A stretch of 64,000 nucleotides of DNA from Eledone cirrhosa (Eukaryota), in the NCBI GenBank assembly GCA_964016885.1, contig OZ024740.1:303924001-303988000 (forward strand), given 5' to 3'. Made by a program: the position numbers and the translations under genes. Each line of letters begins with the position of its first letter. Within the stretch, counting starts at the first letter, position 1. The notes under the pieces are model-generated. The model was given only the letters and a program-made list of their open reading frames with translations, had not been told where the DNA came from and made no database searches. Shown here one piece after another: positions 15,701 through 26,691 of the stretch.

Positions 15701-16144
15701 ACCTAAATAATATAAACGGAACCATTTTCTTATTAAAATAAAACTCTTCATCATCACAATCAGTTTACATCTATTTTCCAATTTTCAATGCTGGCATGGG
15801 TTAGATTGGTTGCCACTTTCTGAGGCTAGACATGTCATATGACGGCGCCTAGTTCATATGTTGTATTTGTGCTCTTCTTATGCCAACCATTTCACAGCAC
15901 TGACAAGATGCAGTTTTGTTTTGTTTTGTTTTTTGCAGTGAAGTAGGTAGCATTAGGATAAATATTCATCTGTAGAAATCAAGCCTAAAATGGAGTGTAT
16001 GAGTGAGATGCAGTAATCTGAAAACCCATCTAACCCATGCTAGTACAGAAAGTAGATGTAAAACAGTAATGATGATCTGATAATATACAAAATCATTACT
16101 TTATGTAAAAAAAAACAGAAAATGAAACCACCACATGAAAAAGA

Positions 16145-16177
<33 letters not shown>

Positions 16178-19100
16178 GATCCAGAGTTGAATCGAGGGTA
16201 ACTACAATAAAGTAAATAAGGTACTCAACACATTAGTAGAGTGTTAACGTCAATATTTAAGGGAAATGACTTCTATTTAATAGAAATGACTTCTACAGGA
16301 TTAGAACTGTTTCATTCATATGAAATCATCATTCCCGATGATTTCATATGAATGAAACGATTCTAGATTTTAAGTGGTAGCATTCCTGTGACAATTAATT
16401 TTCTTTAGACATTAAAAATACATTATACATTACAAGAAATCTCATATGTTATAAAGTAAATAGGACGGGTTGAGGTCTCACTCAATATGTAAACTAAATG
16501 ACTAGTTCTGGTTTTTAACAAAAATTCATGGAGGCAACCTAGAAAAATTACCGATTTTCCAACACCCCAATTACTATATTATTTTAAGCAACTAACCTTT
16601 TTGTGGAGGCACATGGCCTAGTGGTGTGTTGGACTAATAATCATAATTGATTTCTAAGCTGGGTGGTGTGTTGTGTTCTTGAGCAAAACACTTCATTTCA
16701 TGATGCTCTAGTATAAAGGTTCTCAACGGGGGGCATATGCGAAAAGGAAATTATGAACTAGATATGGTTACCTGTCAAGCCTAGTCTTAGAACATGACAG
16801 CTTACTTCACCCTGATCAGGATGGAAAATAGATGTTTAACAATGATAATGATGATAATGTGCTCCCACCAATCCTCTGCCACATACCTAAATCACCTTTC
16901 CTGTCCGACCCATGCATGTATGGAAAACCAGATATGCTCTACAGTAAAGGTTCTCAACGGGTGGGGGGGCGTTTCGTAGCCCCAGGGGGGCGTTATGCAG
17001 TAAGGTGGCGTTTGAAACTTTGAGGGCGCTAGAAGCCCCTTTAGTTTGGTAAGTTTTATAAGCCATATTTGTACGTCTCTTAGACAGTCAGTGATTTGAA
17101 TGAAGAAAACAAAGAAAATAAATTACAGAAGCTTGTCAACGAATTCCCTAGGGAGATAAAGGAAAATCAAAAGAAATCAAAGTGAATGAAAGTAAGGACT
17201 ACTTCAACAGAAATGACAAGAAGAAGCAATGGTCGTGAACATACATACACACACATACATACACACACATATATACACATACATACACACACACACATAT
17301 ATATATATACACACACAGGCCTGCGTTAGTGTTTGATGAAGTTGAGAACCTGGTCAGCTTTCAGCCAGAGGTGTGGTATTTAATCTCCTTAGGTAATAAA
17401 ATCTGGCGACAAAAAGGTTCTCCTTACCAAAAAAAGAAGACATAGATCATATCAACATCCTTACACACTTAAATATAAATGCATGTATATATACAAATGT
17501 ATAAATGCATAGCTATATACATACGTAAATGTATGTATATATGGAGGCACATGGCTTAGTGGTTAGAGCATTGGTCTTGCAATCGAAAGGTTGTGAGTTC
17601 AATTCTCAGACCGGGTGATGTGTTGTTTCCTTGAGCAAGACACTTTATTTCACATTGCTCCAGTTTACTTAGCTGTAGAAATGAGATGATAGGGACTGGG
17701 GTCCCTATCATTCCACTGCAAAGTGGTCATGGAGGTGCCACGGCAAAAAAGCACCCAGCACTCACTGTAAATGAGGTTGGTGTTAGGAAGGGCATCCAGC
17801 TGTAGAAATCAAGCCAGAATCAGTTCCCGTCCCACCCTTGCAAGCAGGGAAAAGTGGACGTAAAATGAAATGATGATGATGAATGATGATATGTATGTAT
17901 GTATGTATGTGTATATATTTAAATCTACATACATATATATATATATATAAATCTACATACATATATTTATATATATATAAATCTACATACATACATACAT
18001 TTACGTATGTATATAGCTATGCATTTATACATTTGTATATATATACATGCATTTATATTTAAGTGTGTAAGGTTATATATATATATATATGCGCAGTGTG
18101 ACAAGAAGCTTGTTTCCCAACCACATATTTCCGGGTTCAGTCCCACTGCCTGAGCCGACCAAAGCCCTGTGAGTGGATTTGATAGATCGAAACTAAAAGA
18201 AGCTCGTCGTACATATGTATATATGTCTGTGTGTGTCTTTGCGCTTGTGTTTGCCCTCCCACCAATGCTTGTTGGTTTGTTGACGTCCCCATAACTTACC
18301 AAGGTGATGCTCTAGCATGGGCGTAGTCCAGAGACAGAAAAAAAGTCAAATATATATGTGTGTGTATGTGTGTAGAAGAGGGGTCTCAAACTCAAGGACA
18401 CAAAAGGGCTATTACGTCCTGGAGGAGAGGCACAGTGGGCCAAACGTGGTGGGGGTGAAAATTTTCACCAGTTATAATAATTTCTACTATAGGAACAAGG
18501 CATGAAATTTGGGGTTTAGGGTTCAGTCGATTGCATCAATCCTAGTACACAACTGGTACTTAATTCATCGACCCCAAAAGGATGTAAGGCAAAGTTGAGA
18601 TCGGCGAAATTTGAACTCAGAACGTAAAAACGGAAGAAGTACCGTTAAGCATTTCGCCAGATGTGCTAACGATTCCACCAGCTTGCCGCCTTATTTTCAC
18701 CAGTTATAATGCGATATGAAATATTGGTTCTACCATGGGCCACAGATAAGTAGTTCGCAGGCCGCATGTGTGAGCCCGTTATTTGGCGTTGTTGAAAAGA
18801 GCAGTGGCCTTTGACCTGGCAATAAAAAACTGTAGACAAAATTCTTTCTGTACCCAAACCAAGGCACACACACACAAGTTTGTGTGTGTGTATGTACATA
18901 TATGTGTGTGTGTGCATCTGTGTGTTTCTGTGTATCAATCTATGTATATATATATATATATATAAGGGATACAAACACTACTTTTTCAATGTCTCCAAGC
19001 TTCTCAATTCATTCGTTGCTAAGTATTTTATCTTGCTACGAGATATTTTATTTTGCAAGGTACTATTTTTCCCCTGAGTTTGTGAATTCAGAAAAAGGTA

Positions 19101-22100
19101 AGAAATTCTTCATATTTTACATCTTTTGTATTTTGACTTTACAGTTTGAATTGTAGAATTGTTTATCCAATCAAAATACGACAGCTAACAGTGAAATATA
19201 GAATTAAATAAAAAGCTTTTTCAACTGAAATCAAGTCTTTGAGAACATTCACATCTATTTTTCAAAAAATATATAATTTGAAATAGTTTGCTTTTGTTTT
19301 GGACTGAAACGTTTTTTGTATTTAATTCGTACGGGTATTTTTTAAAGATCTTTTTAAAGATTCAAACATAACTAGATTTGGCCCATTATGTGCACTGCGG
19401 CATTCATATTTCTCAACTTATTATAACTAAGTCCGTACAACAAGCTTCACTTATCAAAACTGTTCTAGATTACATGAATGAATTGGGGAAACTATATAGT
19501 ACATCAGGGAAATTTAAGCAAGCGTATTTATCACAACATTATGAAGAAAATGAAGTATCGTCACCACGCTCCTTAACACCTGTGTGCCCTACTCGATGGC
19601 TAACACGACTTTCTGCAGCCAAAGCCCTTCTTGACAATTATTCAGATGTCCCTATTTCTTTACAAGAGGCAACAAATGAGTTTGGCACCAACATTGCATC
19701 CAGAGCTAATGTTATTCTTACGTGTCACTCTCCGGGCCAATGTGTTCTTGGATTGCACGTTGTAGTTCCATTACTTCAATTCCTTGAAGGATTGAAGAAA
19801 TCTTTTCAAAGTACCACCTTCAATCTAGGTAGCATGTTGCTTCTTTGAACTGTTCGACTCTATCATTGAGTTTCTTTGAGGACGCAACACAGAACTGTAT
19901 AAAAAAAACCTCGATGTGAGGCAAGACTGCGCCTACCTCGCCGATATCTTCGACAAATGCAATAGCCTCATTATGGCTTTGCAGGAAGAGAAGATCACCT
20001 TGTTTAAAGCAAGGAATGCTGTGAAAATATTCCTGGCCAAATTGAAAGTCATCGGAAGGAATCTTTGTCGACGGGAATTTTATAATTTTCCTAGTGTCGC
20101 CAATGTTCAAAACATTGTGAGCGATGACCAACTCCAAATTTATAGCGCGCACTACAAGACAACATGAGAGAACGGTTTGTCGACCTTTTGCAGATGGACA
20201 TCCCAATGTGGATAGCAGATCCCTTCATAGCTATCGTCAACGATTTCGACATTAAATTTCAGGAAGAATTAATTGAACTTCAGACAGATGACTTTATCAA
20301 AATTAAATTTTCCAAAATAGGTGAACCCCTTTTTTGGATGCAAGAGGAAATTCAGCGTCAATTTCCACTCCTACATGCAGAGGCTAAGAGATTTGCTTTG
20401 CCTTTTCCTAGCTCATACTTAGTCGAGAGGGGGTTTGGCGTTGTTTCCAGACTGCATAGTAAGGCTCGCAACCACTACAATGTGATTGCACGTGGAGATC
20501 TCCGTCTACAGCTCACGAAAATCCAGCCTGACATCAAAGAGTTAGCTAGACTCCATGAAGCTCAAGGGTCCCATTGATACGAGGTCAAAGTAAGTCGATT
20601 TTTTATTTGTAGTTTTCGTCTGACTGGACTGGAAACCATCTACCACAATTCACTTACTCATTTGTTGTATATATTTTACTGTTTACTAATGAATATACCC
20701 TCTTACGTGGTCATGAAAACCCTCTTGCGTGGTCTCTAAGCTTAAAGCGGAGGGGACATCAAGTTAGATATCAACATTTATTCTGTCCATTTCATTAAAG
20801 GGAAAATTGGAAAGCTTTGAAATAATACAACTGCCACTTTCTTCCAGATAAGAGCACTCTTTGGATAGACAGAGTTGCTCTTGTATAAATGTTCAAAATA
20901 GCTGGTATCATCTGGTGGGAATATAACAAATTCAACTGGTCCTTATTCATAAAAAAGAACATTTATGTCCCTTTTTTTGAAATTTATATACTTCCTTTCA
21001 AGGAATGTATTTATACTTTCAACTACCTGCAATGGTATCTTTGGAATATTGTTAATCAATTTTTTAGTAATCTACTGATATCAAAATCAGTAGTATATTG
21101 TAAAATGGAGAAAAAGGGTGGGGGTTCGTGATTTCGAGGGGCAAAAGGGGGCGTCTGGCCGAAATGGGTTGAGAACCTTTGCTCTAGTACACTCAGCTGA
21201 AAATGAGTAGCAACAATAGCTGAGGGTTTAACCCTGCGATGGACTGGCGTCCTGTCCAGGGGGAGTCTTGTACTCTCAATCGCTTCACACCATGAAGCCG
21301 GGATAAGCACCAACCTGACGAGCTTCCTGGCTTGATACAGACTTTAGACTTTTTAGAACCTTTTTGTGTACACTCGTTTCAAACTTTGCATGCACACATG
21401 TTCACAACATAGAAGGAACAATGCATATCAAATATATTATGTAGAAAGTAATAAAAATGAATTATACTACAAACATACTGGAATCACCACTGTCTGATTC
21501 TAAAATGATTCTTCGTCTTTTGCTCACATTACGTTTGAGTGGCTTTGAACTTTCTCTTGGTTTTTCCTTGACATACAAATTTTAAAAAAAATTTAAATCA
21601 TGTAAGATTTCTTAGACATAAAAATTCAAGGAGAGAGGAAATAAAAATGGGAACATTTATTTCTTTAAGAATATATAAAAAAAAGAGAAAAGAAATACTT
21701 CTAATCAAGAACTGAAATTGTGACCACATGCTTTATGATGTTGCTGTTATGAATCTTGGTTAATAACAGAAAGAATACGATCGCAAATACAAGCAGCCAA
21801 AATGGGTTCCTCCGAAGGGTCTTTGGAGTAACGTTACTCAATAGAGTGCCTAGCTTGGAGTCAGAGAGGTGTTCAAGGTATAGTCACTATTTCTCTGAAT
21901 TGAGAAATCACAGCTCCGATACTATGGGCATATGATTAAAATGTCTCAGGAAAGACAGGACCCACAGGAAGGAGTGTTTGAGGACTCTGCCCCCATGACC
22001 TTCTCAGGAAAAAGTGGGTGAAGGAGGAGGAGGAGGAGGAAAGACTAAACTCCTCCAAATTCTAGATAATTTTTTAAAATCAAATAAAACATGTATCCTT

Positions 22101-25100
22101 GCATTTTATTAGAAATATAGCTGCAAAGGGATTATTAAGACTTAATGACTGTAAGTATTATTAGGAATTGGTGACTAGTTGACAATGGACATAGTCACTG
22201 TGTGGTTAATTTAGATATTCAAATACCAGTACTTGATAAACTACTTTATTTTCCTGCCAGTCATCTGCCAAGACCTTTGGCATTCTCAGTCTCCAAACTA
22301 CTGTTTTTCCTTTGCAAAATTAGAAAAAATGATCCCACCCAAGGAAAGAGCCCCGTCAGTTAAAGTGTCTGATGTAGTGGCTGTTGCTGACTGTTCTCCG
22401 TGGCAATGCCTTTGCCATCTAGTTGAGAGCGCACAGCTGAGATATACCATCTAGATTGGTGGGGTATAAAGTCTCTCACTAACCCCTCTTTCCCTTATTT
22501 TCATTAATTAATTATTTTTTTATTGCAAACATTATAGCTGTGTAGTTAAAATATCAAAAGCAATAATTTTATTTTGAAATCCTACCGTAGAACTCTTTTC
22601 TTTTTTTGTGTTAGATGCATTCAAATTTTCCTTGCTCTTGTCTGAATCATCTTCTTCCATTTCTTCATCAAACATATCTAATAAAACAATCCAAGACATA
22701 AGAATAAAGAAACATGTCAAAGAAATGCCAACACCCACCCTACCCAATACCAACACCCATATACCATAATTATCTCCTAAAACATAATTCAAAACACTAT
22801 AAATGCTTCTAAATACAGTGATTACCTTATAATACCAACTAAAACCCAACCCAACAAAATCTCTATTTAAAACAGTCTTCTTCTATACATCAGTTACAAC
22901 CTCCAGCTCACCCTGTCTAGCATTGATGTCTGAATTTCCCCAGCCTCTAGCCTGGTGTCATCTTCAAGAACACCCTTCAGTGTTCTGGTTGGTCTCCCAA
23001 CTTGTCTGCACGCATCAGGTTTCCAGAAAAGAACTTTGTCGGCAAGTTCATTGTGACATTTAGCATATCCGGTTAATGCAAGCCTCCTACCCCTTGATGT
23101 CAGAAAGGCAAAGGTTTGAGCCATAGAGCGATTTCTTTGCTATGCATGTTCTCACGGATATCTTCTGGACCTTTTTCATCATGTGCCATTAATCCTCTTT
23201 GAGAGTGTTTCAAAACATTAACAAACAATTTTGACAACCAATTCAGTAGAGCTACTACCTCTCCAAATTGAGCGATCAAAACTCTAATACTATGGGCATG
23301 TGGTTAGAATGTCTCAGGAAAGAATTGCTAGACAGATTTTACAGGCAAAACCAACTAGCAGGAGACTCAGGGGTAAACCCCGAGCAAGATGGTGGATAAC
23401 AACCATGAGCTTAGCTGGTCTCGCTTAGGGATCCAGCTGGAGCAGTTGGGGAGGGTTCCTTCTGTCAGGACCCACTGGAAGGAGTGTTTAAGGACTCAGC
23501 CCCACAACTCTATCAGGAATTAGTGGGTGAAGAAGAAAAGAACTCACCTTCTAAATCCTCCATTTCACATTCATCTTCAGAGGGTTGATGTTCAGTAATA
23601 AGCCCAAGTCTATCTTCCTTTGTCATTTTCAATGCTTTATCAGCATCACGCGTAGCTTTCCTTTGAGCCATATCCATTGAGAAATACAGGCCACCAGTTT
23701 TGGCCTCTTTGCTGTCAGCTCCGGCAAATGGCTTCACAAATCTGGAATAAAAAAAATTGAACAATAAAAATTTCTTAAAATGGGATGGAATATGGATCAC
23801 AGTACAACTGTTTCAATAGTATATGGGGGGTGGTCACTGTACAACTACTTCAACAACATACGGGGAGAGGCCACAGTACTACTTTAACAACACATGCAGA
23901 GGGAGGGGTCACAATACAACTGCTTCAACATCTGGGGTGTGGCCATAGTACAACTACTTAAATAGTTTAGGGGGAGTTCAAAAGGCAAACTGCTTCAGTT
24001 GAGGGAAGAAGGTCACAGTATAACTGCTTCAAAGGATGAAAGGTCAGTGCAGTTCTTTTATTATATTAGTGGTGGTCACAGTACAATTGATTCATCATCA
24101 TTTTACATCCTCTTTCCATGTTAGCATGGGTTGGGTGGGTTGTTGTGTCGGAGAAAATGTCTAGCTCATACATTTCACATTTGTCATGGTTTTAGGTTTG
24201 ATGCTCTTCTAACACCAACCACTTTACAAAGTTTACTAAATACATTTTACTGTAACACAGGCACTGCCACTTTACAGAGTGGAGTCACATATGCTCCTCC
24301 AGATTGAAGAGTCCACTCAAAGCCTATATTGTATCCATTCAATTGCCTAACACTGTTCCCTTTGTCTCTTAAAAGTCACATGGTGTAAGTTGAGTCTCTA
24401 CTTTAAGAAAAACAAGGGCTACATAACTGCCATATTACATCATGATTTTCTGTTCAAATGGGACAACCCCTCTAGCCCATGCTAGCATGGAAAATAGACT
24501 TTAAACGCAGTGGTGGCGATGAAGATGATGACAGAAGTATGAGTTATCTATAATAAATTATAAAATGAATAAATTTATATGGATTTAATCCATGCTCTAG
24601 AGATTGGGTCATCAAATAAATAAATTTACCTGGATTTAATCCATGCCCTAGAGATTGGGTCATCAAAGAACTGAACATGAATCTCTGTCACTTTGCCTTT
24701 CTTGATGTGAACTGTAGAAGTTGGATGGTTACATACGATGCTAGGCCACCAAGGGTATCCTTCAAGCTTTGACCATACAATATCACCAACTTCAAATTCT
24801 GAAACAATGAATATACAACATAAATATTACATTAACTGATTTAGTTTAAAACAATGAGAACAAATATTCTGTTACAATAGAACTGTTCAATTTACCATCA
24901 CATCCATGAGAAGGTTTAAGAGGCCTGGTTGGAGTACCAATATTCTGAGTTCTTTTTACAGGGCTTAGAAAACCTGAAGGGACGCTGCAATGAGTGTGTG
25001 AATTTGAGAGGGAGGGGAATACATTGAATAAAATCATAATTAACTGATCCTCCTGTATTTTCTTTTACCCAAATCCAGAAGCTTTGGCTTTGGCAATACT

Positions 25101-26567
25101 AACACTGAACTGCCTCTAAATTCTAAGGCTTAACCTCTTGCAGATATTAAACAACAGTAAATGTTGATGATTTTTGCCGAATGAAATGGTACCGAATAGG
25201 CTTTGGAAAAAGATTGGTGGGTGGCAATATAAGTATAATATTAATGCGGTCTCTAGGTTTTTTTTTAACCTAATTAGGTTGTTCTCTACAAAATATGCGT
25301 TATGTTGTTTCCTATGATATTGACAGTGTGCAAAGCTCTGAGGTCTTGGGCTTTTAGCTCGTCCTCTCATAGAACCCCATGATCGTTATATATCAATCTC
25401 TTTTGATATATGTGTGTGTGTGTATATATATATCCGTATGTGGTTGACGCCTGAGAGAAAGGAGTACTCAATACCGAAGTAGAGTTTTAATATTCGATTA
25501 ACAAGACTCATCCATAATAAAATGAATATATATATATATGTGTGAATGAACGAATGAGGCGCCTCCAAATATTTTTCGTTTTGATTTATAACGCCATATT
25601 AAGTGCTTTATTATTATTTCAGGGAGATTTGGTTGCTGTTTCTAGCAGGATGCGCAACCACCTATGGCCTTCATCGTGGGTTCGGAACTGTATTTAATTA
25701 AAAACAGTGAACCAACAGAGAATAAAATTAGTGAACCAAATTTTACTTTAGTTGAGTTAACCTTACTAAAACATAAATTTTAGGTCTTTCTCAACTAGCA
25801 AACATTCTAAATGTAGCGTGACATCTATTTATATTGTTTTAACGCAACAGTTTGTGAGAAGTATTCTGAAAAAAAAATAGAAGCACTTTAATTGAGTAGA
25901 CAATAACTATTGACCTATATGTAGACAGTGAAAAATTAGAGATGCTGCGTACGACTAATTAATGAAATCTTAAGATTTTGGAGTTCCTTTAACTATTTTT
26001 TTTATTCATTTTTACAGTTTTGCAACAGTAATTTTGAGCAATTTTTATTATTCAGTTGTATAAATAACATTACAAATTGTTTATAATTCTTTGGGGCTGA
26101 AGCTGAGACAACGTCCGTGATATTAATAAAGCATATTTATAACTATTTAAAGCTTTCTAAGGATATGTCTAACTTTATAGCATAAAAAAACCCTTTCAAT
26201 AGAATATATAGTTATTTTATAAACATGTGCTTATGTTTTCATTAGTTCCAAATGTAATTATCAACGGTGTTGATGGAGACACCGAATACAAATGTGAAGC
26301 TACAACATTATCACGTAAATTTTACTGAAATTAGATACTTATAACATAATAACTTTTATATAACATTTCATCTGTCTTACCAGGATTATTTTCGCCATTG
26401 CTCTGATTCGTCTTTTTATTACTAGTTGGTGTGGTATTGTTGGATTTTGATGGTAAACTGCTGCTGTTAGCTGAATTATTAGGAGTTTTCGGAGAAAGTA
26501 CTTGATTCTCGCTATCTTTCTTGGGCGTCTTTGAAAAGTAAGAAAATAACGTGTTGACTTTCCCCAT
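438..26567 (-). CDS. MSH6: DNA mismatch repair protein MSH6, 5' 14 coding exons (548 codons); gene continues beyond window start
   Basis: Manually spliced GT-AG exons, all in compatible phase: 26381-26567, 24630-24798, 23548-23741, 22586-22677, 21479-21566, 15587-15702, 14534-14683, 12884-12966, 12008-12095, 10476-10535, 9877-9951, 2154-2289, 1640-1779, 438-503. Protein has a PIP-box-like NTLFSYF, PWWP domain ([12 protein letters not shown]) and MutS-I motifs [60 protein letters not shown]. Confidence 0.95.
576..1220. repeat. Two tail-to-tail copies of a short repeat sharing the RTE 3' UTR, with internal ~46-bp tandem units
   Basis: GTTAGGAAGGGCATCCAGC...CCATGCTAGCATGGAAAA..(GAT)n motif, also present in the RTE 3' UTRs and at many other sites. 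Confidence 0.75.
1640..1779 (-). CDS. MSH6: MSH6 exon 13
   Basis: [43 protein letters not shown]. Confidence 0.93.
2154..2289 (-). CDS. MSH6: MSH6 exon 12
   Basis: [45 protein letters not shown]. Confidence 0.94.
3293..4043. repeat. Near-perfect 751-bp palindrome (369-bp arms, 13-nt loop); Penelope-like inverted terminal repeat
   Basis: Mirror ORFs 3396-3632(-) and 3704-3940(+); arm coordinates sum to 7336; flanked by TA repeats. Confidence 0.93.
3956..4004 (+). ncRNA. Minimal type I hammerhead ribozyme motif (mirror copy at 3332-3380, minus strand)
   Basis: TTGCT-CCGAAGA-cTCCAAAC ctcg GTTTGGAa-GAAAC-AATT-GTA^-AGCAA: helix I, core with U4C, helix II, palindromic helix III loop, GUA site. 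Confidence 0.7.
4545..4753. repeat. 40-bp minisatellite, about 5 units
   Basis: CTAG(G/A)ACCA recurs at 4561, 4601, 4641, 4681, 4721. Confidence 0.9.
4754..4932. mobile_element. Tc1/mariner-like MITE inserted in a minisatellite unit
   Basis: TA TSD; TIR CAGGGTGTTTCA..ATTGATATCAT / ATGATATCAAT..TGAAACACCCTG. Confidence 0.8.
4990..5445 (-). mobile_element. 3' fragment of a CRE-like non-LTR element (restriction-like endonuclease)
   Basis: [21 protein letters not shown]...FETFG...[18 protein letters not shown]. Confidence 0.75.
5720..6345 (+). mobile_element. 3' fragment of a second RTE family with (GAA)n tail; further copies near 21750, 23250, 55390, 56270, 58030, 60350
   Basis: LEKFKY...[10 protein letters not shown]...ERSQL.YYGHV...GRPRGR translation; recurring nucleotide similarity. 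Confidence 0.75.
6578..9770 (+). mobile_element. Degenerate RTE LINE in MSH6 intron 11
   Basis: APE ([15 protein letters not shown]), RT ([14 protein letters not shown]), 3' UTR with (GAT)n; many stops. Confidence 0.9.
7855..8130 (+). mobile_element. 3' end of a second CRE-like element nested in the RTE
   Basis: GC-rich insert encoding [25 protein letters not shown] followed by an A-rich tail; interrupts the RTE RT region. Confidence 0.65.
9877..9951 (-). CDS. MSH6: MSH6 exon 11 (Phe-X-Glu mismatch-recognition motif)
   Basis: [25 protein letters not shown]. Confidence 0.94.
10476..10535 (-). CDS. MSH6: MSH6 exon 10 (MutS domain I)
   Basis: [20 protein letters not shown]. Confidence 0.93.
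12008..12095 (-). CDS. MSH6: MSH6 exon 9
   Basis: [29 protein letters not shown]. Confidence 0.92.
12884..12966 (-). CDS. MSH6: MSH6 exon 8
   Basis: [27 protein letters not shown]; TTTAG acceptor, GTAAG donor; phase 2 matches next exon. Confidence 0.88.
13218..13587. mobile_element. TA-TSD MITE (internal part repeated at 16368-16570)
   Basis: TIR CTCTCAGGTCTCAAAT / ATTTGGGACCCGAGAG flanked by TA. Confidence 0.65.
13866..14190 (+). mobile_element. tRNA-derived SINE (other copies at 16606 split by the hAT, 17543, 54610)
   Basis: A box TGGCTTAGTGG, B-box-like GTTTGAATCC, shared body TTGAGCAA.ACACT.TATTTCAC. Confidence 0.75.
14534..14683 (-). CDS. MSH6: MSH6 exon 7
   Basis: [13 protein letters not shown]...[14 protein letters not shown]; ATAG acceptor, GTAAG donor. 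Confidence 0.83.
15214..15398. mobile_element. Mariner-like MITE nested in a piggyBac-like MITE
   Basis: TIR GAGGGGGTACTGAAAAGTTCCTGGCTT / AAGCCAGGAACTTTTCAGCATCCCCT. Confidence 0.65.
15587..15702 (-). CDS. MSH6: MSH6 exon 6
   Basis: [15 protein letters not shown]...PEASPVK; TTTAG acceptor, GTCAG donor. Confidence 0.82.
16714..21181 (+). mobile_element. hAT (Charlie/Buster-like) DNA transposon in MSH6 intron 5, inserted into a SINE
   Basis: TIR TAAAGGTTCTCAAC...GTTGAGAACCTTTG; 8-bp TSD CTCTAGTA (16706-16713 and 21182-21189); internal transposase remnants. Confidence 0.9.
19378..20577 (+). pseudogene. Fragmented hAT transposase sequences
   Basis: 19378-19848 has hAT motif CPTRWLTR; 19916-20577 has the Buster/Charlie C-terminus [12 protein letters not shown]...[17 protein letters not shown]...QGSH; frameshifts and missing N-terminus. 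Confidence 0.85.
21479..21566 (-). CDS. MSH6: MSH6 exon 5 (basic, NLS-like linker)
   Basis: [29 protein letters not shown]; AAG acceptor, GTATG donor; phases fit. Confidence 0.8.
22586..22677 (-). CDS. MSH6: MSH6 exon 4 (acidic linker)
   Basis: [17 protein letters not shown]...SST; phase 1 in, phase 0 out. Confidence 0.8.
23548..23741 (-). CDS. MSH6: MSH6 exon 3 (end of PWWP)
   Basis: [22 protein letters not shown]...[14 protein letters not shown]; CCAG acceptor, GTGAG donor. Confidence 0.9.
24630..24798 (-). CDS. MSH6: MSH6 exon 2 (PWWP domain)
   Basis: TTCAG acceptor; [26 protein letters not shown]...[16 protein letters not shown]; AG|GTAAA donor. Confidence 0.93.
26381..26567 (-). CDS. 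MSH6: MSH6 exon 1 ([17 protein letters not shown]..., PIP box)
   Basis: ATG at 26567, donor G|GTAAG, phase 1. Confidence 0.88.
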
Positions 26568-26664
26568 GTTTACTTCTTGCAATTAGCGTGTTGCAAATTT
26601 GCACCGGTTAAGTGTATTCCTAAACTAAACAACCTGTAAAAATATTTACCGCGTTGTCAAAAAC

Positions 26665-26691
26665 CACGTGACTTGGCAGGTTTTTCCCGCG
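26665..26691. promoter_or_regulatory. MSH6 proximal promoter motifs: E-box CACGTG and E2F-type TTTCCCGCG
   Basis: CACGTG at 26665-26670 and TTTCCCGC at 26683-26690, 100-125 bp upstream of the ATG in CpG-poor DNA; E2F control is typical of replication and MMR genes. Confidence 0.5.

Noticed and set aside
23795-24090. Degenerate ~37-bp repeats (GGTCACAGTACAACT) as a regulatory array
   Set aside because: Looks like an ordinary decayed intronic minisatellite with no conserved structure.
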